This document shows positions 9,836 to 19,866 of a DNA stretch of 64,000 nucleotides, one piece after another. This stretch comes from Spirochaetia bacterium (lineage in GTDB: Bacteria; Spirochaetota; Spirochaetia; DSM-2461): NCBI GenBank assembly GCA_963666985.2, contig CAXXIA010000002.1:416001-480000 (forward strand), in the 5' to 3' direction. How positions within the stretch are numbered: the first letter of the stretch is position 1; every line of letters starts with the position of its first letter. A program made the position numbers and the translations under genes. The notes under the pieces are model-generated. The model was not told the origin of the DNA. It worked only from the letters and a program-made list of their open reading frames with translations, and made no database searches.

Positions 9836-9899
9836 GGATTCTGTTCACAATCTTCAAACTTGAAAAAAAAGATCATATGGACCGGGGCCGGTTTGAAGA

Positions 9900-11096
9900 T
9901 TACTCTTCGAGAACAGTCGGTATTTCTCCGTCCATCGACGGTTCGCTGTAACCCTCCGCGATATACTGATCTCGGCCGTTATTTTTTGCGGCATAAAGCC
10001 GGACATCGGCCAGTTTCACCAAATCCTCAGAAAGAACTCTCTCGTGGTTTCCCGAAATTCCCATGCTCATGGTTACCTTCCATGGAACACCCGTGAATGA
10101 GTACTCCCGAAAGTCGTTCAGCAGGCGCTCGGCAAGAATAATGGCCTTCTCCATGGAAGTTTCGGGAAGTAAAATAAGGAACTCTTCCCCGCCATACCGG
10201 TAAACACGATCCGATTCTCTTACTTCCGATGTAAGAATCGCCGCCGCTTCCTTAAGGACGATGTCCCCTACCGCATGCCCCAGTCCGTCGTTAACCCTTT
10301 TAAAGTGATCCAGATCCATAAGAATAATCGTGAACTGATAATCCATCCGCCTGCTTATGGCATATTGAGCTTCGATATCTTCAATCATCAGCCGTCTGTT
10401 GAACAGTTCCGTCAAAAAATCCCTTCGACTCATAAATTCAAGTCTTTCAACGGATTTTCCAAGAAGCTTTTCGTTGAGAAAACTTTTGGTTCTCGACTCG
10501 TTGATGACATAGAACAGAACTATTCCGATAAAAGTGAAAATAAGCAGTTCAAAACAGAATGTACTGACGGCCGCCATCGGATGATAACTCATGAAGAAAC
10601 CCAATGAAACAAGTACGTCTATAACGGCAAGAAGGATCAGATAGGATATGGAATCCATCCAGAATACAACACTGAGACAGATGATAAGACCAAAAACCGC
10701 GGCCGAATCGTCTGCGATTTGATAATCGATAAAAGAAAGAAAACAGTAATTTAAAACGATACCGATAATGTATGCTCTCTGCAGGAACTTGGAAAAAAAC
10801 GTATAATCTTTCTGATTAATGGAGAAGGTTACGGATAAAAAGATTATTGAAAGCCCAATCAGAATGAAGTAATTCAACTGATACAGCCGATTGTAGATAT
10901 CACCTTCGGGAATATCCAGGAGAATCAAACGCCTGAATAAAAATAAAACTCCGACGACAATGCTGAATCCGGAAATTATTCTGGTAAGACGTCTGTTATG
11001 TTTCCAGCATTCATCACGAAATTGAATCCTCAAGTCTTCGGGTATCTGATGAATTGAGAATTTATAAATGCGTCTTTTTGAATTTTTAACAGACAT
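9900..11096 (-). CDS. membrane-anchored diguanylate cyclase (GGDEF)
   Basis: About 6 TM segments, then DFLTELFNRR, DLDHFKRVNDGLGHAVGD, RESD I-site and RYGGEEF. Confidence 0.92.
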   Translation of the reverse strand: MSVKNSKRRIYKFSIHQIPEDLRIQFRDECWKHNRRLTRIISGFSIVVGVLFLFRRLILLDIPEGDIYNRLYQLNYFILIGLSIIFLSVTFSINQKDYTFFSKFLQRAYIIGIVLNYCFLSFIDYQIADDSAAVFGLIICLSVVFWMDSISYLILLAVIDVLVSLGFFMSYHPMAAVSTFCFELLIFTFIGIVLFYVINESRTKSFLNEKLLGKSVERLEFMSRRDFLTELFNRRLMIEDIEAQYAISRRMDYQFTIILMDLDHFKRVNDGLGHAVGDIVLKEAAAILTSEVRESDRVYRYGGEEFLILLPETSMEKAIILAERLLNDFREYSFTGVPWKVTMSMGISGNHERVLSEDLVKLADVRLYAAKNNGRDQYIAEGYSEPSMDGEIPTVLEE

Positions 11097-11258
11097 TTAT
11101 CAAAGCCAACTATTGTGAATTTAAATATTTTCTTGATTATTAAGCAACTCTTATCCCAACTTTCTCAAAAAGTATCGCTTTTATCACGTCCGTCCGATAC
11201 TTACCAAGCCGAGATTCGACAGATCTTTCGAAAAGACTTCTTTCCGTGTTGTCTTAAT

Positions 11259-13646
11259 TTACCGACCGTTCTCACCGGGAGCCGTTTTCTCCAAGTTCTT
11301 GGCATTTCGGCATTTTGGAAAGCCCGTACATGCTAAAAAGGGTCCGCGTTTGCTTAAACGGACGATCATCGGACTTCCGCATTTCTCGCATTTCTCACCG
11401 CCGGCTTTCGGCAGTGAAATAACCGCCCCATCCTTAACCGGAAGTTCCCTTTTACATTCGGGATTGGGACAGACCATGACCGGTCCTCTCTTTTTGGATT
11501 TAATCTCCATGGGAGTTCCGCATTCGTCGCAGTCCATTTTCAGTTCGGGCAGAAAAACCGGTTTTCCGTCGGCGCCGAGATTGGCCGTGGTCTTGCAGTC
11601 CGGGTATCCGCTGCAGGCATAGAACTTTCCGTATCGGCTTGATTTCAAAATCATCGGTTTCCCGCATTTCGGGCAAATGACCGGCTCTCCGTCGGTTTCA
11701 CCGTCGTCGGAACCTTCTCCGGGAAGAGGCGTCAGGCCCTTGCATTCGGGATAGTCCGTACATCCGAGAAAGGCTCCCGTCTTTGAATAACGGAGAACGA
11801 GATCTCCGCCGCAGATAGGACATTTTTCCGGCCCTTCCCACTTCCGGCCTTTCAGGGGCTCGGCTTCCTCAATGGCGTTTTCCACGCGCTGTTCGAATCC
11901 CGAATAAAAATCATCGACGATTGTGTGCCAGTCGATGCTGCCGTCTTCCACGGAGTCCAAATCACTCTCCATTCCTGCGGTGAATTTGTAATCCATAATC
12001 GTGGGAAATTCTTTAAGGAGGATGTCGTTCACGGCCATTCCCAATTCACTGGCATGAAAGGCCCGCTTTTCCAAACGAACGTATCCCCGTTCCCGTATAG
12101 TTTGAATGATTGCCGCATATGTGGACGGGCGGCCGATACCTTCTTTTTCCAGGGCACGAACCAAAGTCGCCTCGGTAAATCGTGAGGGAGGCTTGGTCCA
12201 GTTCTGTTCCGCGATCAGTTCATTCAGATCCAAAGATTCACCGCCCGAAAGAGAGGGAAGATCCTGAAAATCTTCTTTTCCTTTTTTCGCTTCCGGTATC
12301 AAAACGGTAAAACCGTCAAAGAGCGTTACACGTCCCTTGGCCTCCAGAATGCCGTCGGCCGCTTCGACGCGAATCGTCGTAACGGCGTATTGAGCGTTTT
12401 TCATCTGACTGGCCACCGTCCGCCGCCAAATGAGTTCATAAAGCTTGTACTGTTCATCGGTAAGATAGGATTTCACCGATTCGGGAGTCCGATGGACCGA
12501 AGTCGGCCGAATGGCTTCATGGGCATCCTGAGCTTTCACTCCGGCTTTAGGCTTGGGACCGTACTCCCTGAACGTCTCCGGCAGATATTCCGGATATTTC
12601 TCACCGATCCAGCCGCGCAGTTCTTCAACGGCCTCCGGATCCAATCTGGACGAATCGGTCCTCATATAGGTAATCAGACCGACGGCCCCTTCCTCAAGTT
12701 CGATGCCTTCATAGAGTCTCTGGGCAATCTGCATGGTCCGCCGCGTTCCATACCGGAGCTGGCCGGAAGCCGCCTGCTGGAGCGTACTGGTAATAAAGGG
12801 TGCCGCGGGTTTGCTGGAAGTTTCCTTGCTCGTTACTTCGGCAACGCGGTACTCGGCTGTCTTTAAGGCCGCCTCAACTTCCCTGGCCGTGGTTTCGGTT
12901 GAGGAGAATTTTCCATCCAGGCCGAATTTTTCTCCTTTCCAGGAGGTTAAAGACGCATTAAACGGCTTTTTATCACCGCTTTCCGCGGAAAGAGCGGCAT
13001 CGATTTTCCAAAATTCCTTGGGAACGAAGGCAGCGATTTCCCGCTCCTTTTCCACAATGAGCCGCACCGCAACGGACTGGACTCTTCCGGCGGACAGATT
13101 CTTGGCAACTTTTTTCCAGAGAAAGGGAGAAAGACTGAATCCCACGATACGGTCCAGTACGCGGCGGCCCTTCTGGGCGCCGACCAAGTTCATATCGATA
13201 TCCCGCGGATTTTCCAAGGCATCAAGAACAGCCTTCTTCGTTACCGCCTGATAGGTAATACGCTTCGCTTTCCGATCGTCCAAACCAAGAGCTTCTTTCA
13301 GATGCCACGCAATGGCTTCGCCCTCACGGTCGGGGTCCGGAGCGAGGAACACTTCGTCGGCCTTGTCCGCCGCCTCACGAAGCTCTTCAACCGTTTTTAC
13401 TTTTCCCGGAATAATGATGTAGCGGGGCTCGTATTTATTCTCAAAATCAATACCGAAAGCCTTTTTTCCCCGGCCTTTGGAATCCAAATCACGGATATGA
13501 CCCACGGATGCTTTTACAGAATATCCGCGTCCCAGCATTTTCTTGATGGTTTTCGCCTTTGCGGGACTTTCAACAATGACAAGTATGCCGCCGGCTTTTT
13601 TCTTCGGCGCGGCTTTTTTAGCTGATGGATTCGCTTCAGATGACAT
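11259..13646 (-). CDS. topA: DNA topoisomerase I
   Basis: IVESPAKAKTI, PDPDREGEAIAWH, SAGRVQS and ITYMRTDS (catalytic Tyr); C-terminal zinc ribbons. Confidence 0.97.
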   Translation of the reverse strand: MSSEANPSAKKAAPKKKAGGILVIVESPAKAKTIKKMLGRGYSVKASVGHIRDLDSKGRGKKAFGIDFENKYEPRYIIIPGKVKTVEELREAADKADEVFLAPDPDREGEAIAWHLKEALGLDDRKAKRITYQAVTKKAVLDALENPRDIDMNLVGAQKGRRVLDRIVGFSLSPFLWKKVAKNLSAGRVQSVAVRLIVEKEREIAAFVPKEFWKIDAALSAESGDKKPFNASLTSWKGEKFGLDGKFSSTETTAREVEAALKTAEYRVAEVTSKETSSKPAAPFITSTLQQAASGQLRYGTRRTMQIAQRLYEGIELEEGAVGLITYMRTDSSRLDPEAVEELRGWIGEKYPEYLPETFREYGPKPKAGVKAQDAHEAIRPTSVHRTPESVKSYLTDEQYKLYELIWRRTVASQMKNAQYAVTTIRVEAADGILEAKGRVTLFDGFTVLIPEAKKGKEDFQDLPSLSGGESLDLNELIAEQNWTKPPSRFTEATLVRALEKEGIGRPSTYAAIIQTIRERGYVRLEKRAFHASELGMAVNDILLKEFPTIMDYKFTAGMESDLDSVEDGSIDWHTIVDDFYSGFEQRVENAIEEAEPLKGRKWEGPEKCPICGGDLVLRYSKTGAFLGCTDYPECKGLTPLPGEGSDDGETDGEPVICPKCGKPMILKSSRYGKFYACSGYPDCKTTANLGADGKPVFLPELKMDCDECGTPMEIKSKKRGPVMVCPNPECKRELPVKDGAVISLPKAGGEKCEKCGSPMIVRLSKRGPFLACTGFPKCRNAKNLEKTAPGENGR

Positions 13647-13802
13647 ATTCACTCCTTAACGCGCCGTGCCCGCATCACGCGGATGCGGAGGGCGCTTGTG
13701 CCCGAATATAACGGAATCGGTCTGAGAATCAAGCCTTTTACCGCTTAATATCCGCGAAAAAGCATCTTCCCTCCAGCCATAGAGGGCGATAAACTGTCGA
13801 TT

Positions 13803-15320
13803 ATGATCGAGAGGAGACTCAATAGGCTTATCTCCGGGCTGGATATATACGAACGAAACGGAGACGGCGATCCGGAAATCTCCTCCGTGGCATATGATTC
13901 CCGCGAGGTAACGGATGGAGGGCTGTTTTTCGCCCTCCCGGGAATCCATACGGATGGCCACGCATTCATAGACAAGGCCGTCGATGCCGGCGCGGCGGCC
14001 ATTATCCATTCGATTCCTTTACGGACCTATCGTCCCAATACGGTCTATCTTCGCGTTCAGGATACACGAGCCGCGCTTTCACCGGTATCGGCCGACTTCT
14101 GGGGACGGCCTTCCCGGGAAATGACCGTTATCGGTGTAACCGGAACGGACGGCAAAAGCACGACCGTAAGCTTAATCCGACAGCTCCTGGCCTTCACCGA
14201 TGTTTCCGCCGGCAGCCTCTCCACCATTGACTTTCACATAGGCGCACGGAAGGGATCCAATATTTTCAGACAATCCACGCCCGAAGCGCCTCAGATACAC
14301 GGCCTATTGCGCGCCATGCTTGACGCCGGTCAGAATTATGCCGTGGTGGAAGCCACCAGCCACGGCCTTTCACCGAAAAACAGCCGACTCGCCGATGTTG
14401 ATTTTGATGTTGCCGTTTTTACCAACGTTACAAGCGAGCATCTGGAATTCCACGGCAATCTCGAAACATACAGAGCCGATAAAGCGCGTCTTTTCAAAAT
14501 GATCGCCGCCTCGAAAAACCCGGACGCGTTCGGAGTCGTAAACGCCGATGATGAACACGCAGGTCTCTTTGTGGAAGCGGCCGGAGAAAAGCCGGTTTAC
14601 ACCTACAGCTTGAAATATCGTGAAGCGGATTTATTCGCCACGGATCTGCATCCCGGACCGCGGGGCACACGGTTTACCCTTCATACGCCGATGGGACGGA
14701 AAAAAATCGAGATTGCGCTTCCGGGGCTCTACAACGTGGAGAACACCATGGCCGCTCTCTGCGCCGTTTCGGAACTCCGCGACCGCGATCCGCTGGAACT
14801 GGCTTCCCGGCTTCCGGAACTTGTGGGAGTGAAAGGCCGAATGGAACCCATCGACGGAGACATGAGCTTTCATGTCATGGTGGATTACGCCCATTCGCCG
14901 GGAAGCTTTCGAAAAATTCTGCCCTTTCTAAAAAAACTGGCCGAAGGACGCCTGATTGTCGTTTTCGGTTCCGGAGGCGAGCGCGATCTGGAGAAACGGC
15001 CGGAGCAGGGTGCTCTGGCCGCGGAGTACGCCGACTTGGTGTTCCTTGCCGATGAGGATCCCCGCGGAGAAAAACCCATGGACATTCTTGAACAAATCGC
15101 CGCGGGCGCACCGAATCTGGAACGGGGAGAACGTCTGTTTCTCATCCCCGACAGGCGCGAAGCGCTCAAGGAAGCCTTTATGAGGGCCAGGGCCGGAGAT
15201 TTGGTCGCGGCACTCGGCAAAGGCCACGAAAAATCGATTATCTATTCGAGCGGCAACAGAGAATGGGATGAAGCCGAAGCCTGCCGTGAAGTGCTCAGGG
15301 AATTGGGATACGAAGCGTAG
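13803..15320 (+). CDS. murE: UDP-N-acetylmuramoyl-tripeptide synthetase MurE
   Basis: GVTGTDGKSTT, EATSHGL, FTNVTSEHLEFH, VDYAHSP and GKGHE motifs. Confidence 0.92.
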   Translation: MIERRLNRLISGLDIYERNGDGDPEISSVAYDSREVTDGGLFFALPGIHTDGHAFIDKAVDAGAAAIIHSIPLRTYRPNTVYLRVQDTRAALSPVSADFWGRPSREMTVIGVTGTDGKSTTVSLIRQLLAFTDVSAGSLSTIDFHIGARKGSNIFRQSTPEAPQIHGLLRAMLDAGQNYAVVEATSHGLSPKNSRLADVDFDVAVFTNVTSEHLEFHGNLETYRADKARLFKMIAASKNPDAFGVVNADDEHAGLFVEAAGEKPVYTYSLKYREADLFATDLHPGPRGTRFTLHTPMGRKKIEIALPGLYNVENTMAALCAVSELRDRDPLELASRLPELVGVKGRMEPIDGDMSFHVMVDYAHSPGSFRKILPFLKKLAEGRLIVVFGSGGERDLEKRPEQGALAAEYADLVFLADEDPRGEKPMDILEQIAAGAPNLERGERLFLIPDRREALKEAFMRARAGDLVAALGKGHEKSIIYSSGNREWDEAEACREVLRELGYEA

Positions 15321-15327
15321 CGGGCCG

Positions 15328-15777
15328 TTAAGACAGGATGTACTGCACGAAAAATCCCATGGCGATGCCGATGCCTATACCGACAATAACTTGCGGATAC
15401 GTATGGCCGAGCAGTGTTTTTAAAGCTCTGGGACGATTTTCTTCTTCAAAAAGATGCGAGAATTCTTGAACCAGCTCGTTGAGAATCTCCGCATGCCGGC
15501 CCGCGGCTCGACGGATTCCCGTGGCGTCGTAAATAACGATGATGCCGAGAACAAGGGAAATGGCGAATTCGGAACTTTCAAGTCCGTAGTATAATCCGCT
15601 GGAGGTACACAGGGCGGCGACCGTAGCCGTATGCGAGGAGGGCATGCCTCCGGTTTCGGTAAATCGCTTCGGCGCCCACCGCCGTTCGGTAAGGAGTATA
15701 ATGATAACTTTGGAGACTTGTGCTACAACCATGGCAAATAATGCCGAGAGGACGAGAGGGTTGGTGAATATTTTCAA
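15328..15777 (-). CDS. divergent PAP2 family (DUF212) membrane protein
   Basis: TGGMPSSHTA, IVIYDATGIRRAAGRHA and LLGHTYPQV motifs; TTG start after AGGAG. Confidence 0.88.
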   Translation of the reverse strand: MKIFTNPLVLSALFAMVVAQVSKVIIILLTERRWAPKRFTETGGMPSSHTATVAALCTSSGLYYGLESSEFAISLVLGIIVIYDATGIRRAAGRHAEILNELVQEFSHLFEEENRPRALKTLLGHTYPQVIVGIGIGIAMGFFVQYILS

Positions 15778-15825
15778 TACGGGGCTCCTCTTCTTACGTT
15801 CTCTATTCTTCAGCGGGATGGTCCC

Positions 15826-16983
15826 ATGAAGGTTCGCACCGCGCGCATCCTCCCGATCGCGGTTCTGTGCCTGACCGCAATAGGCCGACTCTTCGCCGAA
15901 GAAACGAACTTTATCATATCGAAATGGCACGCAGCGATCCAGTTGATTTCTCTTGAATCGTTTTCCACATGGCCCGGTGCGGAAAATCCCATACCGGTGG
16001 ATGCACTTGTGACAAACAGCCGAATGGTCTTCGTTCTGCCCGGTGCCGTTGTGTCCCTTGATGAATCGGGTGCCGCGGACGAGAGGACTCTTCTGGCTCT
16101 GTATACCACGACATTCACCGAACGGGGAAAAGATTCGTGGACTCCGGCTTTAGGAACCATAACTCCCGACTGCCTCTGGAAAAGCTGGAATCCGGCGGAC
16201 TCAACAATTCGGGAAACAGATCTTTCAACGGCTTTGGTGGAAAAAACGCCCCGGATTGGTCTTATGCCCGATTCTCTCCATGCCCTTTCGGACGGCCGTC
16301 TTCTCATTCTCTCGGGAGAAGCCGCCTATCTTATGGATGAATCCGGAAAAACGGCCGCCCTTACCGAAAAGATTCCCCTCTTATCCATGACGGCCGTCTC
16401 ACCGTCACAGCCAAAAATCGCGTGGAGAACTCCGGGTTCCGAAGAAGTTTTTTTCGCGGACGGAAGGGGACGGACGTGGAAACAATCCATCGCCGGGGCG
16501 CCGTTTCCGCCGTCGTCTCCCTGGGACATGGCTTGGACGGATTCCATGATAGTAACCGCTTGGCCCGGCCGGCTGATTGCTTTTGCTGGAGCAGACGCAA
16601 ATACCGTTTCGCCCGAATCCGTTTTTGTCCTCGAAGATGAAAGACTGCCGGGCCGCTGGTACAGACTGTTCGGAGGTACCGATCGCCTGCTTGTGTTCTC
16701 ACCGGAAAGTGCCGCCGTCGCGATTGTCTCGGCTCCCGGTGTTTTTCAAAGCGATACGGACATCGCGATACCTGAATTCATCGACGTGGTGGGAACATGG
16801 GCTCTATCGGCCGCCGATCGGATTGAAGCCGAGGGAGGAATTCGAGCCGCCGAAGGATTCTGCTCCTGGATTATTCCCTATGTCCGCTCGTTTCGGTCGG
16901 ATCATCCGATGAATCCCCTCTGGCCCGAGCTGGAAGCCGAATTGACCCATCGACGCGCGGCGCTGAGGGAGCTTTTGGATTAG
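15826..16983 (+). CDS. hypothetical exported protein
   Basis: 385-aa ORF with a signal-peptide-like N-terminus; no family recognised. Confidence 0.65.
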   Translation: MKVRTARILPIAVLCLTAIGRLFAEETNFIISKWHAAIQLISLESFSTWPGAENPIPVDALVTNSRMVFVLPGAVVSLDESGAADERTLLALYTTTFTERGKDSWTPALGTITPDCLWKSWNPADSTIRETDLSTALVEKTPRIGLMPDSLHALSDGRLLILSGEAAYLMDESGKTAALTEKIPLLSMTAVSPSQPKIAWRTPGSEEVFFADGRGRTWKQSIAGAPFPPSSPWDMAWTDSMIVTAWPGRLIAFAGADANTVSPESVFVLEDERLPGRWYRLFGGTDRLLVFSPESAAVAIVSAPGVFQSDTDIAIPEFIDVVGTWALSAADRIEAEGGIRAAEGFCSWIIPYVRSFRSDHPMNPLWPELEAELTHRRAALRELLD

Positions 16984-17189
16984 AACCGAACCCAAGACTG
17001 CCGATTGCGCGCTCCCCGATTCGGCGGAAACCAATTAAGCCGGCTGCGACCGTCAGGTCGGCTTCGGTTCGGAGGAATAAAAATTCCGCCGAAGATAAAT
17101 CGGGGAGCGGCAGACCGCCTGATTTTCGCCCGATAATCGCCATAGGAGTGTCGCTTGTCCGCATGCTCCGGCGCATGCCATGATAGGCC

Positions 17190-18257
17190 ATGGCTCATGT
17201 AACGATACTCTACGGCGGCCGCTCCGGCGAACACGAAGTTTCCCGCACTTCGGCGGCCGCGGTTCTCACCAACCTTGATAAAAAACACACAATCACTCTG
17301 ATCGGCATCGACAAAGAAGGCGCTTGGTACCTCCAGGATCTGCCCGAAGTCGTTCCCGCCGTTCTGAATCTTATTACCGATGCGGAAAAAAGAATCGCCG
17401 TTCTTCCCGGAGGCGGCCTTATTCGCTCCGGCGGCACACCGCTGCCGACCGATGTTGTTCTGCCCATTCTGCACGGAAGTTTCGGTGAAGACGGCACCGT
17501 GCAGGGTCTTCTGGAAACGGCCCGGCTGCCCTACGCGGGTTCCGGTGTTCTGGGAAGCGCCGTGGGCATGGATAAAGATACCTCCAAGCGGCTTTGGAAA
17601 CATGCCGGTCTGCCCGTTGTTCCGTGGCGCGCCTTTACGGAAGAAACCGCCCCGGATATAAAAGCCTCCGCGGCGCTTTTCAAGGAGTTGGGACCGTCCC
17701 TTTTCGTGAAACCGGCCAATACCGGTTCTTCGGTGGGCGTGAGCCGCGCCGGGAATCCCGATGAACTGCAGACGGCTCTTAAAACGGCGTTGAAATACGA
17801 CCGAAAAGTTCTCGTGGAAAAAACCATCACGGGGCGTGAAATAGAATGCTCGGTAATGGGCGAGGAACATCCCGAAGCGTTCCCTCCCGGAGAAATTGTC
17901 CCGACGGGGGGACACACGTTTTACGACTACGACGCGAAATATATCGATTCGGACGGTGCCCTTCTGAAGGTTCCCGCAGATCTCGATGAGAATCTTTCCG
18001 CCAAAATCCGCGACATTGCCGTGCGGGCCTATTCAGCCGTGGGCGCCGCCGGTCTTTCCCGCGTGGACTTCCTGGTGGAAGACGGGAAAAATATTTTCAT
18101 CAACGAAATCAACACCATCCCGGGCATGACGGCCATCAGTCTCTTTCCGAGAATGGCGGCCGCGGGCGGTGTTGATTTCACCCAAATGCTTGAACGGCTC
18201 ATCGCGGACGCTCTGGAACGGGCCGCCGGACGGGAGAAGCTTTCCTACGAAAGATAG
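17190..18257 (+). CDS. ddl: D-alanine--D-alanine ligase
   Basis: YGGRSGEHEVS, LHGSFGEDGTVQGLLE, FVKPANTGSSVG, FYDYDAKY and INEINTIPG motifs. Confidence 0.96.
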   Translation: MAHVTILYGGRSGEHEVSRTSAAAVLTNLDKKHTITLIGIDKEGAWYLQDLPEVVPAVLNLITDAEKRIAVLPGGGLIRSGGTPLPTDVVLPILHGSFGEDGTVQGLLETARLPYAGSGVLGSAVGMDKDTSKRLWKHAGLPVVPWRAFTEETAPDIKASAALFKELGPSLFVKPANTGSSVGVSRAGNPDELQTALKTALKYDRKVLVEKTITGREIECSVMGEEHPEAFPPGEIVPTGGHTFYDYDAKYIDSDGALLKVPADLDENLSAKIRDIAVRAYSAVGAAGLSRVDFLVEDGKNIFINEINTIPGMTAISLFPRMAAAGGVDFTQMLERLIADALERAAGREKLSYER

Positions 18258-18361
18258 CCATGTTTATCCGGACTTCCCGTTAAGATTCCGCATCAACTTC
18301 AGCTTTTGCGAATTCGGCCGAAAAACGGAACCGGCATTGGAAACCGTTTTTGGAGACGTTC

Positions 18362-19330
18362 CTATACCGGATCTCCGTCGATCCGGGCAGCCAGATTTTC
18401 AATCCATTTCGGAGGATTCTCTCCGGCCGCGCGAAGCACATCATCACCGTGATAATCAACGCCCTTCAGGAAGCCTGCCTCCCGCGGGGCCTCGTCGATC
18501 ATCCCCTTTTTGATTCCGAATTCAAGGGTGTCTTCCCGGCAGCCGCCGCTGCCGCATAGCCCCGAGAAACGTTCGGTAAACGCCGGAGTCTTCCCGAAAT
18601 TCCATTCCCGTGACTTCAAGCGTAAAAGGGCCTGATCAAAAACGGAATCACCGGTAAAATTCAGAGGATCGATGAATTGCGGTTTCGATCCGCCGCCCCA
18701 CTCCGCGGTTAAAATCCGAATAATCTCTTCAGCGGTTAAGCCGGGGTGAATGTCGGATAGATTCGCCATCGGCGAGGGCTTTGAAGGAACACCGCGGGCA
18801 TCCATGTCCCGCATCTCCTGCCGGATAAGCCGCCCAATACCGTTAAGATCGGCATTCACAAGCAGGGTTCCGTGATGCATTGAGGCTTGTGAAGTTCTCC
18901 GGAAAGCGCTTCCCCCGACTTTCCGAATAATATCGGTTCGAACAGTCAAATCGTGTCTGCCGCTTGTAAGCGCCTCTATTCCCAAGCCGCTTAAAGTTCG
19001 AATAATCCGCTCAAGATTCTCTTTAGGATTCGGAGGATGTGCCGTAATTATGGAGTAATTCACGTTCCCCGGGCCATGAACCACGGTGCCCCCGCCGCTG
19101 AGACGCCGAAGAAGAGGGATTCCCATCCGCTCGGCCAGTCCGGTGCGGCATTCACGCCAGGGATTCTGCGATCGGCCGACGACGACGGCCGGATTATTTT
19201 CATAGAGCAGCAGAATCCCGCCTTCGGGTATCGCCGAAGCAAAGAGAGACTCTTCAAGGGCGAAATTAAGCGCCGGGTCTCGCCCGAGAGAAATAAAAAC
19301 AGGCGATGGCGAAGACGGGTAATACGTCAT
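18362..19330 (-). CDS. lplA: lipoate-protein ligase A family protein
   Basis: NFALEE, VVVGRSQNPWREC, RRLSGGGTVVH, KVGGSA, HHGTLL and WNFGKTP motifs. Confidence 0.88.
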   Translation of the reverse strand: MTYYPSSPSPVFISLGRDPALNFALEESLFASAIPEGGILLLYENNPAVVVGRSQNPWRECRTGLAERMGIPLLRRLSGGGTVVHGPGNVNYSIITAHPPNPKENLERIIRTLSGLGIEALTSGRHDLTVRTDIIRKVGGSAFRRTSQASMHHGTLLVNADLNGIGRLIRQEMRDMDARGVPSKPSPMANLSDIHPGLTAEEIIRILTAEWGGGSKPQFIDPLNFTGDSVFDQALLRLKSREWNFGKTPAFTERFSGLCGSGGCREDTLEFGIKKGMIDEAPREAGFLKGVDYHGDDVLRAAGENPPKWIENLAARIDGDPV

Positions 19331-19467
19331 GGGCGGATTCGCCGCCTTCGGACGGGATGCCTCACTGATTCCTCCATGTTTACAGCCTTCCCCGCTTTTT
19401 CAGACTCCGCGGCCGGAAAAACTCCGCTCCTGACCGATTTCTCATGCAAACATCATCGATATCTCAT

Positions 19468-19800
19468 TTACAGGCCGGATATTACCGGCATAGGCGCCGG
19501 TCGGAGACACTGTTCCGAACCGCGATAATCATAGCAAAGAAGAGGCGGATACTGGAGCCTCTTCTTTTTAATTTCTTCTAATGTGTATATTAGTTCACTA
19601 TTTAGGCCGAATGCCGAGTTCTCAAACTTGCTTGCAGCCCGGATTGCAGCGGTTCCGGCGCCGTTGATGTGGTCGAGCAAAGTCGAAAAAGCCGGAAGGA
19701 TAGAGCCGTTTGAACGGAGAGAAAAACCGAAATCGGGCAAAGGATCTTTCGGCGATCCAAGATCGACCGGATTCGTCTCTGCCGCTCCCATCACCCACAC
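19468..19800 (-). CDS. possible small hypothetical protein
   Basis: 110-aa ORF filling an intergenic gap; start doubtful and no family recognised. Confidence 0.25.
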   Translation of the reverse strand: MWVMGAAETNPVDLGSPKDPLPDFGFSLRSNGSILPAFSTLLDHINGAGTAAIRAASKFENSAFGLNSELIYTLEEIKKKRLQYPPLLCYDYRGSEQCLRPAPMPVISGL

Positions 19801-19866
19801 GAATATTTTTCATCCGTAAGACCCGCTTCTCTCCGCCGGCTTTTCAATGCTACTCTCAAAACCACT

